Shown one piece after another: positions 26,674 to 39,300 of a stretch of DNA of 64,000 bases. Both the position numbers and the translations under genes were made by a program. The stretch spans positions 620,001-684,000 of the forward strand of contig CDLV01000009.1 in the NCBI GenBank assembly GCA_001244265.2, read 5' to 3'. Every line of letters begins with the position of its first letter. The stretch's first letter is position 1. This DNA is from Microbotryum violaceum (taxonomy: Eukaryota). The notes beneath the pieces were generated by a model that made no database searches, was not told the DNA's origin, and saw only the letters and a program-made list of their open reading frames with translations.

Positions 26674-27125
26674 CCAATAGGAGTTTCCTTTTTCAAGTCG
26701 GCCAAATCACGGTGATTTTGAAATGAAAAAATTAAGTCACCCCGAAGAGGGGGAGAGGGAAAGGAGAAAGATTTGGACTAAGAGCGTTGGCGTGCATCAA
26801 CAACGGCAATTTTAAGTAAAAGGCGTAAGATTGATTCTGTGGTCGATACACCGCTCAGTGCTCACTCAGTCCGCTTGCAAAACAGGCAAACAAGCAAGTA
26901 AACAAAAATCAAGAAGAGTCTTGTTCAAGTACTAATCCGAAGGAAATTTCGCCGACCAAGTCAGCCCGAGAAACTGTGTGTACTACATGCGCGAGCGAAA
27001 AGAATGCGAAACACATCTCGAAGGACCCCCAACTGATAGCAACGTGGATAACGGCACAGATATGAAAGGCGGAAGGAAAACCGGATACACGGGGTTACAA
27101 ACGCGTGGCAGAACTATACGAGACT

Positions 27126-30100
27126 TCAATCGAGTGAGATCGGTTCGTTGTCCGGATCAAGGCTGGAAGCCACGGCCTCACTACCGCCATCATGACGTGT
27201 TTCGGGTGCCCATCCGTGGAACGGGATCCCAAGCGACAGCAAATAATCCGCAGGCGGTTCAACCAAAGCTCGGCGCCAGAACACCTCTTCGCCCGACGAG
27301 TCGCCGTCCGAGTCACTACCTTGGCGACGCATCCTAAACCGCGGGAACCGCACCTGTGACGACGGCAAGTGCGTCACAATGCGTTCCTCCAAAACCCTAG
27401 TCGTATGCAAAGGTTTTGGTGGAGCACTACTTGTTGGCCGCGACGGCAAGAGCGAGGCAAGGGAAGCGATGACCGCGCGTGCGTGACGCAGTTGCGGCCG
27501 AGGAGTGACCGATGGATCGCAGACCAACTCCGACTTGATACGGATAGTAAAGTGGTCCATAGACACGACGTTAGTCATTCCCGATAGCGATAGAGAGGGC
27601 AGTCCCGACGTCTCGCTCTCCACGTCCATCTGCGAGAACGTCTCGGTTTCCCAAGCCGGCCACACCAACGCTTTCCACGTCGTGTCGCTCAATTCGACGA
27701 CTTGCCCCGAGGCTTCGGACGGGGGGGATGGCGTGGAAACGAAGATAGATGCGTTCGGAGAGTGGACATCACCGTCGTCTTCGCCATCGCTACGAGAGAT
27801 GCGCGCGCGGTCGACAGCGTCCGAGTCGGCCGAAGGGGATCTCTCGAGCCGATGCCGGACATGGGCGTTGCCTGCAAGGTCCGAACAGAAGACGTCGGAC
27901 CGGAAAAAGACGAGGCCGCCATCGGGTGCACCATGCCGCCTTCTGCGCTTGCGAGCAGGTGCTCTGCCTCTTGCCTCCGTCGAATGCGCGCCGCCCTCTG
28001 TCGAGTGTAGGATCGAATCCTCACCGTGGCCGCTCGACGACTCGTCATCGGATCGGGCAAAGTAATCGCTTTCGTCATCCTCGAACTGACGTTTAGCAAA
28101 CATCGGCCTATAAGGTGCCACGGATGGGTTGCGACGCGTAATGTCCTCTGTATCTGTGCCCGTGGAGTCGTCGTCGCCACCCAAAGGGGCCACAGAGATG
28201 GTTCCGTCATGCAGCGTATAGTCCGGCACGCCCCTCGCATCCAACAGCTCCTTTTGCAAGGCTTTACGCAGCGCGTCCGAGGGCTGGCTATTGGTAAGAC
28301 TGTTCGTCGCCGTGCCGCTGATGCTCGCCCGGCTGACACCCGACCGCGTCGATCGACCCGACTCGTCGCGCAAGCTGTTACTGTCGTTCTTGGACCGGCC
28401 CGAGCCCGAACCACCGGTTGGAATTGAGGTTGCACCGGTCGAGTTTGAGTTCTTCGAGTTGGTATTCGAATTCTTGATCGAAGACAGGGTAGGGGGCACC
28501 GAGCCGCTCTGCATGTCGTCCTCGGTGGCAGCAACGCGCCGCAGGCGACTGTCGGACGAGGTAGTGTCGGCTTCCCGCGGCAGGTAGATATTAGAGTCGG
28601 AGGCCGGGGCGCGCAGGCTTGTCGACACGGCGAGGTTGTTGGTCTGGCGGCGTTGCTCGACGGCTTCGACTGCGCCATCGTCCATCGTCGCATCGTTGGC
28701 GTCAACGCCCTCCGCCCTGGCAATGGCCGATTCGACCTCGTTGCGCTTGCGTGCCTCTCCGCGCCACCGCACCTTGCTCCCATCCTTGCTCACCTCAACG
28801 CGGTGACTGCGGCGCTTGAGCGACCAGCGAAGGAAATCGATACTCAGGTTGAGTCGATGGACTCCTGCCATGGTGAGGATCAGGTTCAGATAGACCCAAC
28901 CGCCACCTCGCTTGGTCTCGTCCGAGTCGAGCATCGTTCGAAGATACCGTGTGTTGCTCGACGAAGTCGGCGGAAGCGGCGACGGCTCGGATAGGAGCGG
29001 GTTGAGCAACGGGTCATCCACCGGCGAGCTCGACCAAGCGCCAGCAAACAGCCGCTCTACGAGTTCGACCACAATCTTGGCCAAAGGCTCGGCAGTCGTG
29101 AGTGATGTCGTCATCTCGTCTGAGCCGGAATCATCTGAGCCTGCAGTACCGACGTTGTGCGGTGGCGGAGACTCCTCCGACTCTTCCGCCGAGCTCTCGC
29201 CCTTGACTTCCTCTGCAGCGTTGGCGGCAGCGATCGCGGAATGCGACTGTCGCCGTGAGATGGACGGGAAAGGGATTTTTGCGACTGGTCTGTTGCGTGC
29301 TTCGCGTCGCTGGGGGTTCGAAATACGCATCCCCGTTCCGGTTCCGCTCGCAGATTGAGGCTCGATACCAGAGAACGAAGGCGCTGCGAGCCAATTCTGC
29401 TCGCCGTCGTACGGGTGGACGACGTCCTGAGCTTCGGCGGATGGTTCCCCTTGCGGCGCTTCGACCATGGTGCGTTCGTGCGAGCCTTCGCGGACCTTAG
29501 CGGGGAGGGACGGAGGACCAGCGATGACAGATTCCGACTTGACGCGTTCGACGTTCTCAGTCGACAAGGGCGGTGGACCGCTCTCCCTGGAAAGACGGTC
29601 AGCGCTCCCGCTGCCACTCCCGCTACCACTGCCCTCCTCGGGCCCGCCCGCGTTCAATCGCTTGCTCAGCTCTTCTTTTTCGGACGAGCGCAGGGACCGA
29701 AGCGTCACACCGATCGAAGAAGTCGTGTCGGTTCCCAATGTTGCGGATTCTTGATCGGCTCGAGGAGCGCGAGAAGGCTTCGCGCCGCTCGTCATTGGCG
29801 GTGGGCCCTGGAACCCTTCGCCATCTTCGGATTGAATTTGCTGCACATAGTGTGTGAGGAACGACTCGATTTCTTGCCGTCTCGAACTTTGTAGAATATA
29901 GAATGAATTAGAGGTCCTGTCAGCCACGTTTTTCGGATTACTCATTGTGAAAGCAGTCTGCGTGACACTACTTACGGAGGAAAACCGTCAAAGAATCGAA
30001 CTTCGAATAAGCGGTCCTGTTCCATACTTGCAGGTACGCTCGATGCCTCGAATCGTCGCAATCGACCCTTCAGTTTCCGATCTGTGCAGCCGGACCGCAA

Positions 30101-30867
30101 TCGAAGTCAGTCGCAATGGAGGTCAACTCTCAAATTTTCACTCGGACGCACTCTCGATGGTCAAGTCATCGACCTGTACACGAAGGAGGATAGTGTGAGC
30201 GGGGGTATCGGACACTGGTCGACACCATCAGTAGTCCGTACACGTACAATGTCCCGGAAGCTTCCTTCGGACAGTGCCGAGTTGGCTCCGGCATGGGATA
30301 ATCGTTCCTGCTCCTTTCCTATCGCGCTCATGGCTTGCTTGCCGCTATATGCCGAGCCGGGGGTCAAATGGTTCACTTCTTGAAGTCTCATAGTACCGTC
30401 GTGGCCATGATCGGGAGTCACTCGAGGTGGAAGCCCAGGGGAGGCCAGATTGACGAGTACGGACCCGAGGTCGGAACGAGTTGAGGGGCGTGAGTGGAGC
30501 TCGGCATCATCATCGGCAAAGTCCTCGTCATCCGAAAGAGGAATCCCAAGCGCGCCTACACGTAGGAGGTGTGATTTCGTGATGGATACCAGCGACTCGC
30601 GAGAGGCCGAAGATGCTGAGGCCGGCGATCCCGGGCTCGTCTGCTGGCACGGGTGGACGACGGAGGCGAGTGAGAATGCGGTGGACAGATCGGCCGTCAG
30701 CATCGGCTACATGGAATGCACACGCGGTTGGTTCCTCTTCTTGCTGAACTCACATCTAATGGTATAGCGGGGTCATCGTAGACGTCTATGGCTTGTTGCT
30801 TGCCTCCACCGTTGAGCGCTTGGCCACCCCCGACGACGACTCGGCCGCCACCGTTCGTCTCGCTCAT
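27126..30867 (-). CDS. frq: FREQUENCY (FRQ) circadian clock protein homologue, multi-exon
   Basis: Spliced N-terminal coiled coil 'SFRDI/VDDLTIE/NRKLKGRLRRFE...DRLFEVRFFDGFP/PSRRQEIESFLTHY'; then 'IVVELVERLFAG', 'GWVYLNLILTMAGVHRLN...VSKDGSKVRWRG', 'YRPMF', 'GGLVFFRSDVFCSDLAG', 'SGMTNVVSMDHF'. These are collinear with the conserved blocks of Neurospora FRQ as I recall them. Start codon tentative. Confidence 0.88.
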
Positions 30868-31582
30868 TGCGGGCCCTCCACCGAGTCGATGCACGCAAGC
30901 CTGGTCCAGAGTATGTGCAATGTATCGCCCCGTGAAGGACGACGAGGTGATTGCCCCTGTCGTGGGAGGCTAGCGGTCCTCGTTCCGCTCGCAATGGCCT
31001 CGAGTCGATGTCAGGACGAGGCTTCCAACGATCTCGCGATCTAGGCCCTACGAATTGATGGATTTTAGGGTTGAGACCTCCCCAATTTTCAACAGGAAAC
31101 CTCCAGCTCCAGAGAGCTTCGGATAATTTGAGCAAAATAAATTATATCGCTACCTTCACTCAGTCCACCAATACCCGTCGTAGAGCACATTTTGAGGTGG
31201 TACGACATTCGCCGGTGGTAAAAAGCAGGCTCAGCTAATCGCCACCGACAGGCATTGAGGGATAGTAGTGGTCGCGTGGCTCGCCCAAGTTTCCAGATAT
31301 ACACGGAGTAGTACGGACGTTCTATAAAGAGACGCGTGTCGCTTCGAGATCAGAGCGCCGCTGGAGCGAATTACCCGTAGCTCCACCAATTTCCCCCTCG
31401 GCCCGGGCTGCCTTTGCTTTTTGACACTTCGTCATCTGCACTAGAGATTAGAGATTCGGCGAGCAGTGTCGAATCTTCCTCGGCTCGGTAAGACTCGGTA
31501 AACCCGACGTTTCGCGCTCCACAACTCACTTTCACCACCCTCGTCTGACCTTCCGAGGTCTCCATCCGACTTCGACAAGGCC

Positions 31583-32107
31583 ATGACATTGCGATCCTCA
31601 GCCGTCTCTCTCGCCCGAGGTTTAGCTTCGTCCTCATCGTCATCGTCCTCGCTCCCGTTTCGGTGGACCTCGATACAAAATGTCACCTTCCAGCCACGCC
31701 ACTTCAGCACATCTCACGCCCCACCCAACTCCTTCTCAAGGCCGTCCCCCCCCCTTCTTCCAAGAGCGGACCAAAAGGAATTTGAGGACCTACAACGTCG
31801 AGTCAACGCTCCCGCATCTCAACAAGCCCAACAGGACCTGGAAGCTCAAGCTGAACTCGCGAAAACGGTCACGGGCACAGAGAAGGATTTGACGATGCAT
31901 CCTGATTATCGGAAGACACCGGAACCGACATTCCAAGGCGATACCAACCCCGAGACGGGCGAGGTTGGGGGGCCTAAGCGAGAGCCTTTGGTGCATGGTC
32001 AGTAGATGCAATGTGCCCGAGTGTTCCTACATTCCACCATTAACACGTTCACCTCTCTTCGTACCTCAGGCGATTGGTCGTATGGAGGCCGTGCGACCGA
32101 CTTTTGA
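31583..32107 (+). CDS. SDH8: Succinate dehydrogenase assembly factor 4 (Sdh8/SDHAF4)
   Basis: Mitochondrial-presequence-like N-terminus; C-terminal 'NPETGEVGGPKREPLVHG/DWSYGGRATDF*'. Confidence 0.9.
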
Positions 32108-32397
32108 AGAACGCTTGTGGCGCTCCTCATCGTCTCGTTCCCTATATCAACCCCATCGCATCTTGCAAAAGGGGTGTTATTGTCGTGTTATTAAAATGAA
32201 GTATTAAACAAATCATCCCATGCCAACCATGCAGGTGCCCTGCTAGTGGTTGTCGCATAGTTCGCCACTCGGGACGCGTGAAATCCTCGCGTCAAAACCG
32301 TGCTTGCAAAACGAGAGACGATGATATAACAAATGCAACAAGTGGACACAAAACGAGAGTATGCAAAGGAGAACAAACGTCATCTCCCCCGCCCTCT

Positions 32398-34680
32398 TCA
32401 CCTCCCACACAACTCTCTACTCCACTTCCTCCTCAAAGGAGGCCGCCTTTCCTCCCTCCCCCCGAACAAAACCCCAATGAACTGCCTCGGTCCCACATCA
32501 TCCTCCTGATCGGATTGTTCTTCACCACTCTCATCTTGAATCTCCACTCCATTCCGATCCAACTTGATCGGGAAAGCTCTTCTCGTTGCCCTTCCTGTAT
32601 TGCTCGCCTGTGTACCTCTCGTCAGGGGTGAGCGTTGCGAGGGCATTCTCCACCTCGTGAGCAAGGAAGGGTTCATCGGTGCGGGTGCGGGTCCAGGCGT
32701 TATGGCCGCGATCTCCGTGGCTGTTCGGGGTGGGTTCTGCTCTTGTGCGAGCGTCGACGTTGTGGGAACGAACTGCCATTCGGGTCGCGCCCTTCGCGCT
32801 TCTTCCCACGAAGGGAATTCCTGAGAAGCTGAAGCGGGCATCAAAGTCGGAGCATTTCCGCTCGATGATCCAGGCTGCATTTGCTGTTGCACGTATCGAT
32901 CTTGTTGATCTCGGATGCGAGACATGGAATCGAGCGTCATCTGCGCGTGTCGAAGCCTCGAGCGAGCGAGCTCTAATCGGCTATCGATATTATCGGAACT
33001 TGAGCTCGCCAATGTCCTCGTATCACCGGTGGGCGCAAGACTGGATACGGAAGTCGAGGAGGTAGAAGGAGACGTATTGTAATGGTGGTAGAAGCGAGCT
33101 CGATGCTCCTCCGGCGAGACTTCGGCGCCGACGTTGAATGCGTCTGATGGTGAAGGCGACGCTTCGTCGTGAGCAGCAGCACGAACGAAATCAGGGAATT
33201 CCTGCAATAAAATGTCGATCCTCAGCGATGCAACTCGAAGCTGGACGATGGACCTTTGCAATGACAACATTGCCGATGGCGCCATGATGCTACTAGAACG
33301 CAAGCTGGTGGTCGTGGTTGGGGCACCATCCGAGAGTCGGCGTGCTGGTGTCCATCGGTCGGTCCGTGTTGTCGGTAACTCGGGTCCACCGATATAACCA
33401 TGCTGATCGGCGGACGAGATGCTTTGAGCCACTTGCTCGAGTCTGGTTCGTGTGCAACAATAGCTCGAGATGATCAGCGATGCCCGTGCGCAAATACCTT
33501 GAGTTTCTGAGACCTACCGCTCGGCAAAAGCTACCGCTGTTCTGAGTGCTTGCTGTGCACCTCTGAGGACCCTCTGCGTGTCACTGAGGCGAGAGGTATC
33601 CATTGTCGATGTCCCCGTTTCGTTGTGGCCTGCGAGCCTCGCACTGAATGGGTCGGAAGTATTGGCAGGCCGACCGATCGTGGTCAAAGGCTCGACCGCC
33701 TCCCTCGCGCTGTGAACGGACGAACGAAACGCCGAGAACTCTCGCCAGGGCGTGACCGTGGACATCAAGAGCTCTGACGAGTCGTAATGCGTTGACGGCG
33801 TTGCGGCCGTATTGCCGAGGTTGAAGAGCAGCTCGTCTCCCGTCGAAGTGGTAGGCATCGGTAATGCCGGCGTAGGCGCTCGTCGGAGCAGGGTGACGGA
33901 GGACGGAATTGCATTGGGCTCCTCATTGGTGAACACGGTATTTCCAGATATACTCGGATAGATCGCGGGACCGTCGGAAGATCGGCCGCTTGGGTGCATA
34001 GAGGAGGACCGAGCAACTCGGGGGTCGATGGTTTCATCAGCGTCCGTTGAACTCGCAATTTGCGATGACAGGGAACGCAAAGGTCGAGCATCGAGGTGAA
34101 GGGGCCGTAGCGAAGGAGTCTCGAGCGTTCTCATACGAGGGCCTGACCACCGAGATGAAGACGGCTCCGTGCCCGGTGTATAGGTGGGTTCGAGAGCGAA
34201 CGCATGGGACGTCTCGGAGATACGTGAAACGGCCCCGGTGGTTAGACTCATCTCGGGCAGACGGGGCAAACTGCCACTCTCGGCGAGGTTGGCGTTTCCA
34301 TTATCGTCGAATAGTGCGGATGCAAATGCAGATACGGTGGGCATTGCTGGTCGAGGACGAGGTGCGGGCCTCGGTGAGGCCGGAGATCGCAGTTGTGGCT
34401 CCGGCTGCAGCAGGCTCGCTTCGGAGTTGGCTGACGGCGGCGGTCGGAGATCGACGGCTGGCACTGGAGAGGCCTGGGATGGTTAGCATCCACCGAGGCG
34501 CAGGCGAGATTTTTCCTCGGGATTGAAGCTCACCATCAACAGGTATTGGACGGCCCCTGTAGATAGAGAGACGAAGTCATTGGCGGTGCGAGTCAAGGGC
34601 GGGATCATCGTGGGATCAGCCTCCGAGCCAGCGTGGGGGGCTGCGACCGCAAGACTAGCCATTGTCTCGAGGGTAGGCAT
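32398..34680 (-). CDS. Hypothetical Ser/Pro/Thr-rich low-complexity protein, ~3 exons
   Basis: Consecutive long minus-strand ORFs (34483-34680, 33514-34464, 32398-33432) separated by intron-sized gaps; no domain recognised. Confidence 0.6.
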
Positions 34681-36389
34681 GCTTACATCACGGCCAAGTC
34701 CTGGCTTCAGACTGAACTGTTATTCCCGAAGGTGCCGTTCACTCGTCCTGGGCAAGACGGAGGCAGCGGGAGAGTGGAAGGTGAGACGTGAACACGTGCG
34801 CCCCACGCGATTCGGCAGGCTGATGACGCGGGAGGCTACGTAGAGGCTAATGATCCGGTCCTTCAAGCTTCAAGCTTCAAGACGGACGTATGTTCGCGAG
34901 TGAGGGAGGCAGCAAGCAGGAGGGGCTGAGGAATGGACGGCAACACGTGGGGAACGAAGGCCGTCAGACTTGATACTGACGAGGACGATATGATCGGCGG
35001 CAGTGCTACAAAGCGAGTATGCTTGTGTAGCGTCGTCGGTCGACTCGAGCGAGCCCGGAGCAGAGAAGGCAAGGCAGGGGTTGGCTGGACGAGGCCGGAC
35101 GTGCCGCATTGAATCAGGAAATGGCACCCTCGGACACGGACCAGCACGGACTAGGGGGGTCCCACTTTTGATAGAATGGATGTGAGCTTCAGCTCCCTAG
35201 TTTCTGAGCATGACATAGGTGGCAGCTCAGATGATGACCCCTGTTGATTCAGCGCATTTCGGAGTTCGACTGCAACCATGCGCCCGCGCAGTGCCTTTAA
35301 TCCGGGACGCATTAGTCGAGGAACGGTAGTGGTGTGAGAGTCAAAGTATTTGTTTGCGTGAATCAAATCTTGGTGTCGAAGGTATGTGGTCGAGGTTTGA
35401 TCGCGTCCATTGGGAGCCGATGAAAACTTCTCGGTGGAGCTGAGTGCAGCGGTTCCTTAGCAGAGCGTAGCTTATAGCAAGTTGCTTCCTCGCCGAGGTC
35501 CGAACCCATCCAAGGCAGATTTTTGGACATTCTCTCTAGTTTGTGCACCTGAAGCCGAAGGTCTGTATGGGGAATCTTCACCGGACCAAGTTCCGTGCGC
35601 TCGGGGACGGGGAAACTCAAGAGGCAGCGGACTTGCTGGGTTTCGGGGAGCGCGGTTGTACGGGCGCGACAGCACTGCGACAGCTGTGTCGTCACGTAAT
35701 GAGTAAATCCCAGATCGTCGCCGGCGCGCTGGCGCCCGAGACCGTGTAGCCAGGTCTGGCCCGAGTCTCTCGCCTCGCCGCTAGTCTGCTTCCGAGTGCC
35801 TTTCGGCCTCGTCTTTGTTTGATTCTGCGCACGTTGACTTGGCCCTCGACCCCACGGGCTACCGAGCCGTCAGACAGTATCAGCCTCCACTCTCCCCTCC
35901 CAACTATCTCGTGTCACGCCCGCAGCAGAGAATCACTCCCGTCCGAGTTCGAAGCGTCCCTCAAGGCCGCGACTAGCGACGGCCTGACTCAGCCTTGCGT
36001 GCTCAGTCTCTCAGTCTCCCACCAGGAAAAGGTGAGTTTTGTACAACTATCCTCTGTTGATGCACTTGCGCCGGTGTGATGGACATGACATGCGTCGCAA
36101 GCCTTTGATACTGCCCTTCGCCAAAAGCTCGGCCTCGCGACGGCCGGTCCGTTAATCTGGCACGGTTAGAAACCGAAACAAAGCCCGTGCCACTCTCCGT
36201 GCATCCCAGATGAAGTTTCTTTTTCATTCCTAGAGAGTTCTAGGCTGACTTGACCACGTGCTACATATTCTATGCGACACGCCTCCCTCGCAGACAAGAC
36301 CGACCTCGCGCTCCCCACCACCGCGACCTTCCACTCGCACGTGGTCGTGCATCGTCGCGCTCCAGTCATCTCAAGACCTGGGTCCGAGC

Positions 36390-39300
36390 ATGTCCGCCGA
36401 CAACTCCCCCTTCTCCAAGGCGTTCGCTTCCTTATCGGTCGCATCGCCCACCCCCGCCTTGGACTTGGGCGACAATACCACCTCGGCCTCCGACGCGCCC
36501 ACCCCACAAGGCTCGACCAAGACCGAGACCGGCAGCAAACGATCCGACTCAGCCGCCCCGTCCGACGAGAGACTGGCCGCGTCCTCACCCGGTCTCTCCG
36601 GAAGAGATAGGGGCCCCGGTCGTTTTGGTGGTATGGCCCAGATGGGCTTCCGTTCAGACGACGATGAAGAGACTTCCCCCACGTTCGCTTCCCACCGCGC
36701 CCGGAGTCAGAGTGTCTTTGAGAGCAGGAGCCGTAGTCACACCATTCGAGGCGATCCGAACGCCACTCTGGCCCAGTACGTCCATCCGATGAGCCGGATT
36801 GTGAGAGCGCAGCGCAGCGACTGACACGCGGCGTTGGACCGCCGACTGTCACTACAGGATGATTAACGCCTTGGCAGTCGACGAGCAGGATATGTCCTCC
36901 GACGAGGCTACATCCGATGGAGGATCGTCCTTGCAACACCCCGGCTTGATCGACCAACATTCGATCGAAGAATCGACCTCGGAAGAAAGCGCCTCCGAAG
37001 ACGATAAAAACCATCCCGAGGGCGAGGCGGGCCCTCAACTTTACAACGATCGACGAGCCAGCGATGCTTCGAGAAGGACGGCCATCGCCAGCAAAGTTGC
37101 GGACACGTCTGCTTCGCCCGAACGCGATCCGTCAGATGAGGACCCTACCTCGTCATTCTTGTCCGTCGCGAACGCCCGGGAGAGGAGGCCGACCATCACA
37201 CGCGGCGCAGACGAGAACATGACATCCTCGATCTACGCCATCCACCGACCCATCGCTGCTCAGCGACGCACCTTCAATGGCGAAGCCGGCGAGGCTATCA
37301 AAGATGGCCTGTACGCTCAACAGGGCGAGGAGTCGGAACCCATTCCAGAAGATCATTCTGACGAAGAACACGACGAGCATCCGTCGAAATTGGACCAAGG
37401 GGGTGCCCTCCTCAAGACGAGGAGCAGCCGCAGCAGCACGGTCGTTAGCGGCAGGAGCGTCGCCCGTAAGAAGCAACTTGCCGATAAGCTGACCGATATC
37501 TTCGGGCTGCTCGACTCTGAGGAGGTTATTGCCGGTGAGTGCACGCGTTTTCTCATCAGTCTGCAACCGCCTGTGCGCCTCGCTAACGCCGCTTCTCTTC
37601 TCCAAAACTACAGAGTACCCTTGCTGGCTGTTCCGTTCGGTTCTATTGCAAGGCTTCCTCTACCTTACTTCGGGCCATATCTGCTTCTATGCGTACCTCC
37701 AGGCTAAAGAGGGTGCCGTCGTTCGTTCCGGAGGCTTATCGGTCCGCACCGCTCGCACGCGCCGATATTATAGACACTGGTTCATCCTCAAGGATTCGGT
37801 CCTGAGTTGGTACCCAAGCTCTACCGACCCGTTCTTCCCTGATGGACATATCGACCTGCACTACTGCACCTCCGTCGAGTCGTCAAAGCACGCCGAGCAC
37901 TTCAAGGTCGCTACGGCCGAGAAGAGGTGGCATTTTAGCGCCGATAGCGAGGCCTCGCGTGACGAGTGGGTCAAGACGATCAAGAAGGCTGTGTTCCGCT
38001 GCCAGAACGAAGGCGAGAGCGTCAAGATCTGTATTCCTTTGGAGACGGTCGTCGACCTCGAGTTTTCAAACAACCTCGAGTTCGCCGAAACGATCCGCGT
38101 CCGAGTGTACGACTCGAACGAGGGCTATGCGCTCGACGACTATTGGCTGGCGTACTTTTCTGATATCCACCTCGCGCTCGACGAGATGAAGGAGGTTTTG
38201 GAAACGTTTCGCAAGGCACACCCCGAACGATTGCTACACGGTGAACCCCAGTCGATTGCCGATACCACCGTCGAAGCCGCCGCTGCGGCTACTGGAGACA
38301 AGCCGGAGGAGCAGACGACGAACGCCAGCGGTTTGAGCCGCATTTCGTCGCAACACAGGCAAGGCAGCTGGTCGACGATACGGAGCTCTCGTTTACGATT
38401 GTTCCCCTCGTCGAACCATTCGGATCGACCCTCTCCTTCACCATTGTCGCCCGCCGACAGCAGAGGCAGTCAGACCTCGGCGCGCACAACTGTGTCGCCA
38501 ACCCGAGGGCTGAGCTCCGAGAGCAGTGATAGCGACCACAGATACCCCCCCTATTCGTCGCTCAACCATTCGGTCGAGTCTGCCAAGTCGCCGCACAACT
38601 GGTCGTTGCCTTCGCTCTCGTCCGTGTCGTCATGGGTCAAGGCTCCGCCTCGGCTTCTCCTCCAGGCGGCCACCTCCCCCTCCTTGCGCAATGCGAGCAA
38701 CACCAAGAACCCGTGCCGCAAGATTGTAGAGACGATCTCGCGTGGACCTAAGTCAGCCAGCTCGCTCGGGCCCGAGACCGATTATAGTCTGGGGCTGGAG
38801 CACCAAGAGACGGAGGATGCATCGAATGCTGACGAGGACGACGAGGACGAAAAACGCGACGAGAGGGTGCGCAAGGCCTTTGGACTATCCGAGAAGGAAC
38901 ACACATTGGCTCACTTCTCCGGGTTCCTCTACCGAGGAGTCCCGATCTACGGCAAGATGTACATCACAACCTCGTTCTTGTGCTTCCGGTCAATCAGCTT
39001 GCTGGCCCATGCGAATATGTGCTTGCCGCTGGCCGAGGTCATCGGGGTCTCGCACCATCGGTCGTACCGCATCGGCTATTCTGGTATGGTTGTCACCATC
39101 AAGGGCCACGAGGAGCTCTTCTTTGAGCTGCACACCTCGAAGCGCCGAGATACGTGCATGCAAGCGATCGAACACCAAGTCGAGTTCATTCACAAGGAGC
39201 TCTCGGAGGGCAAGACACCCGGCGATACGCTCGCGTACCAGGAGCACCGGACACTGATGGACCTGGCGGCCTCAAAAGCTTCCGACTCGAGTGAACCTCG

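Larger units (their letters stand above)
21559..26960 (-). mobile_element. Non-LTR retrotransposon (L1/Tx1-like LINE), near full-length, frameshifted
   Basis: ORF1 with two CCHC knuckles, ORF2 with APE endonuclease, RT and C-terminal Zn finger, and an A-rich tail at 21559-21577. The 5' boundary is approximate. Confidence 0.92.

Noticed and set aside
21540-27020. Target-site duplication for the LINE
   Set aside because: No convincing direct repeat was found between the tail flank and the 5' region, so the 5' boundary remains approximate.
27689-28783. Long alternative-frame and antisense ORFs over frq, ATG26, HUT1 and the LINE
   Set aside because: Shadow ORFs expected in GC-rich coding DNA; no recognisable motifs.
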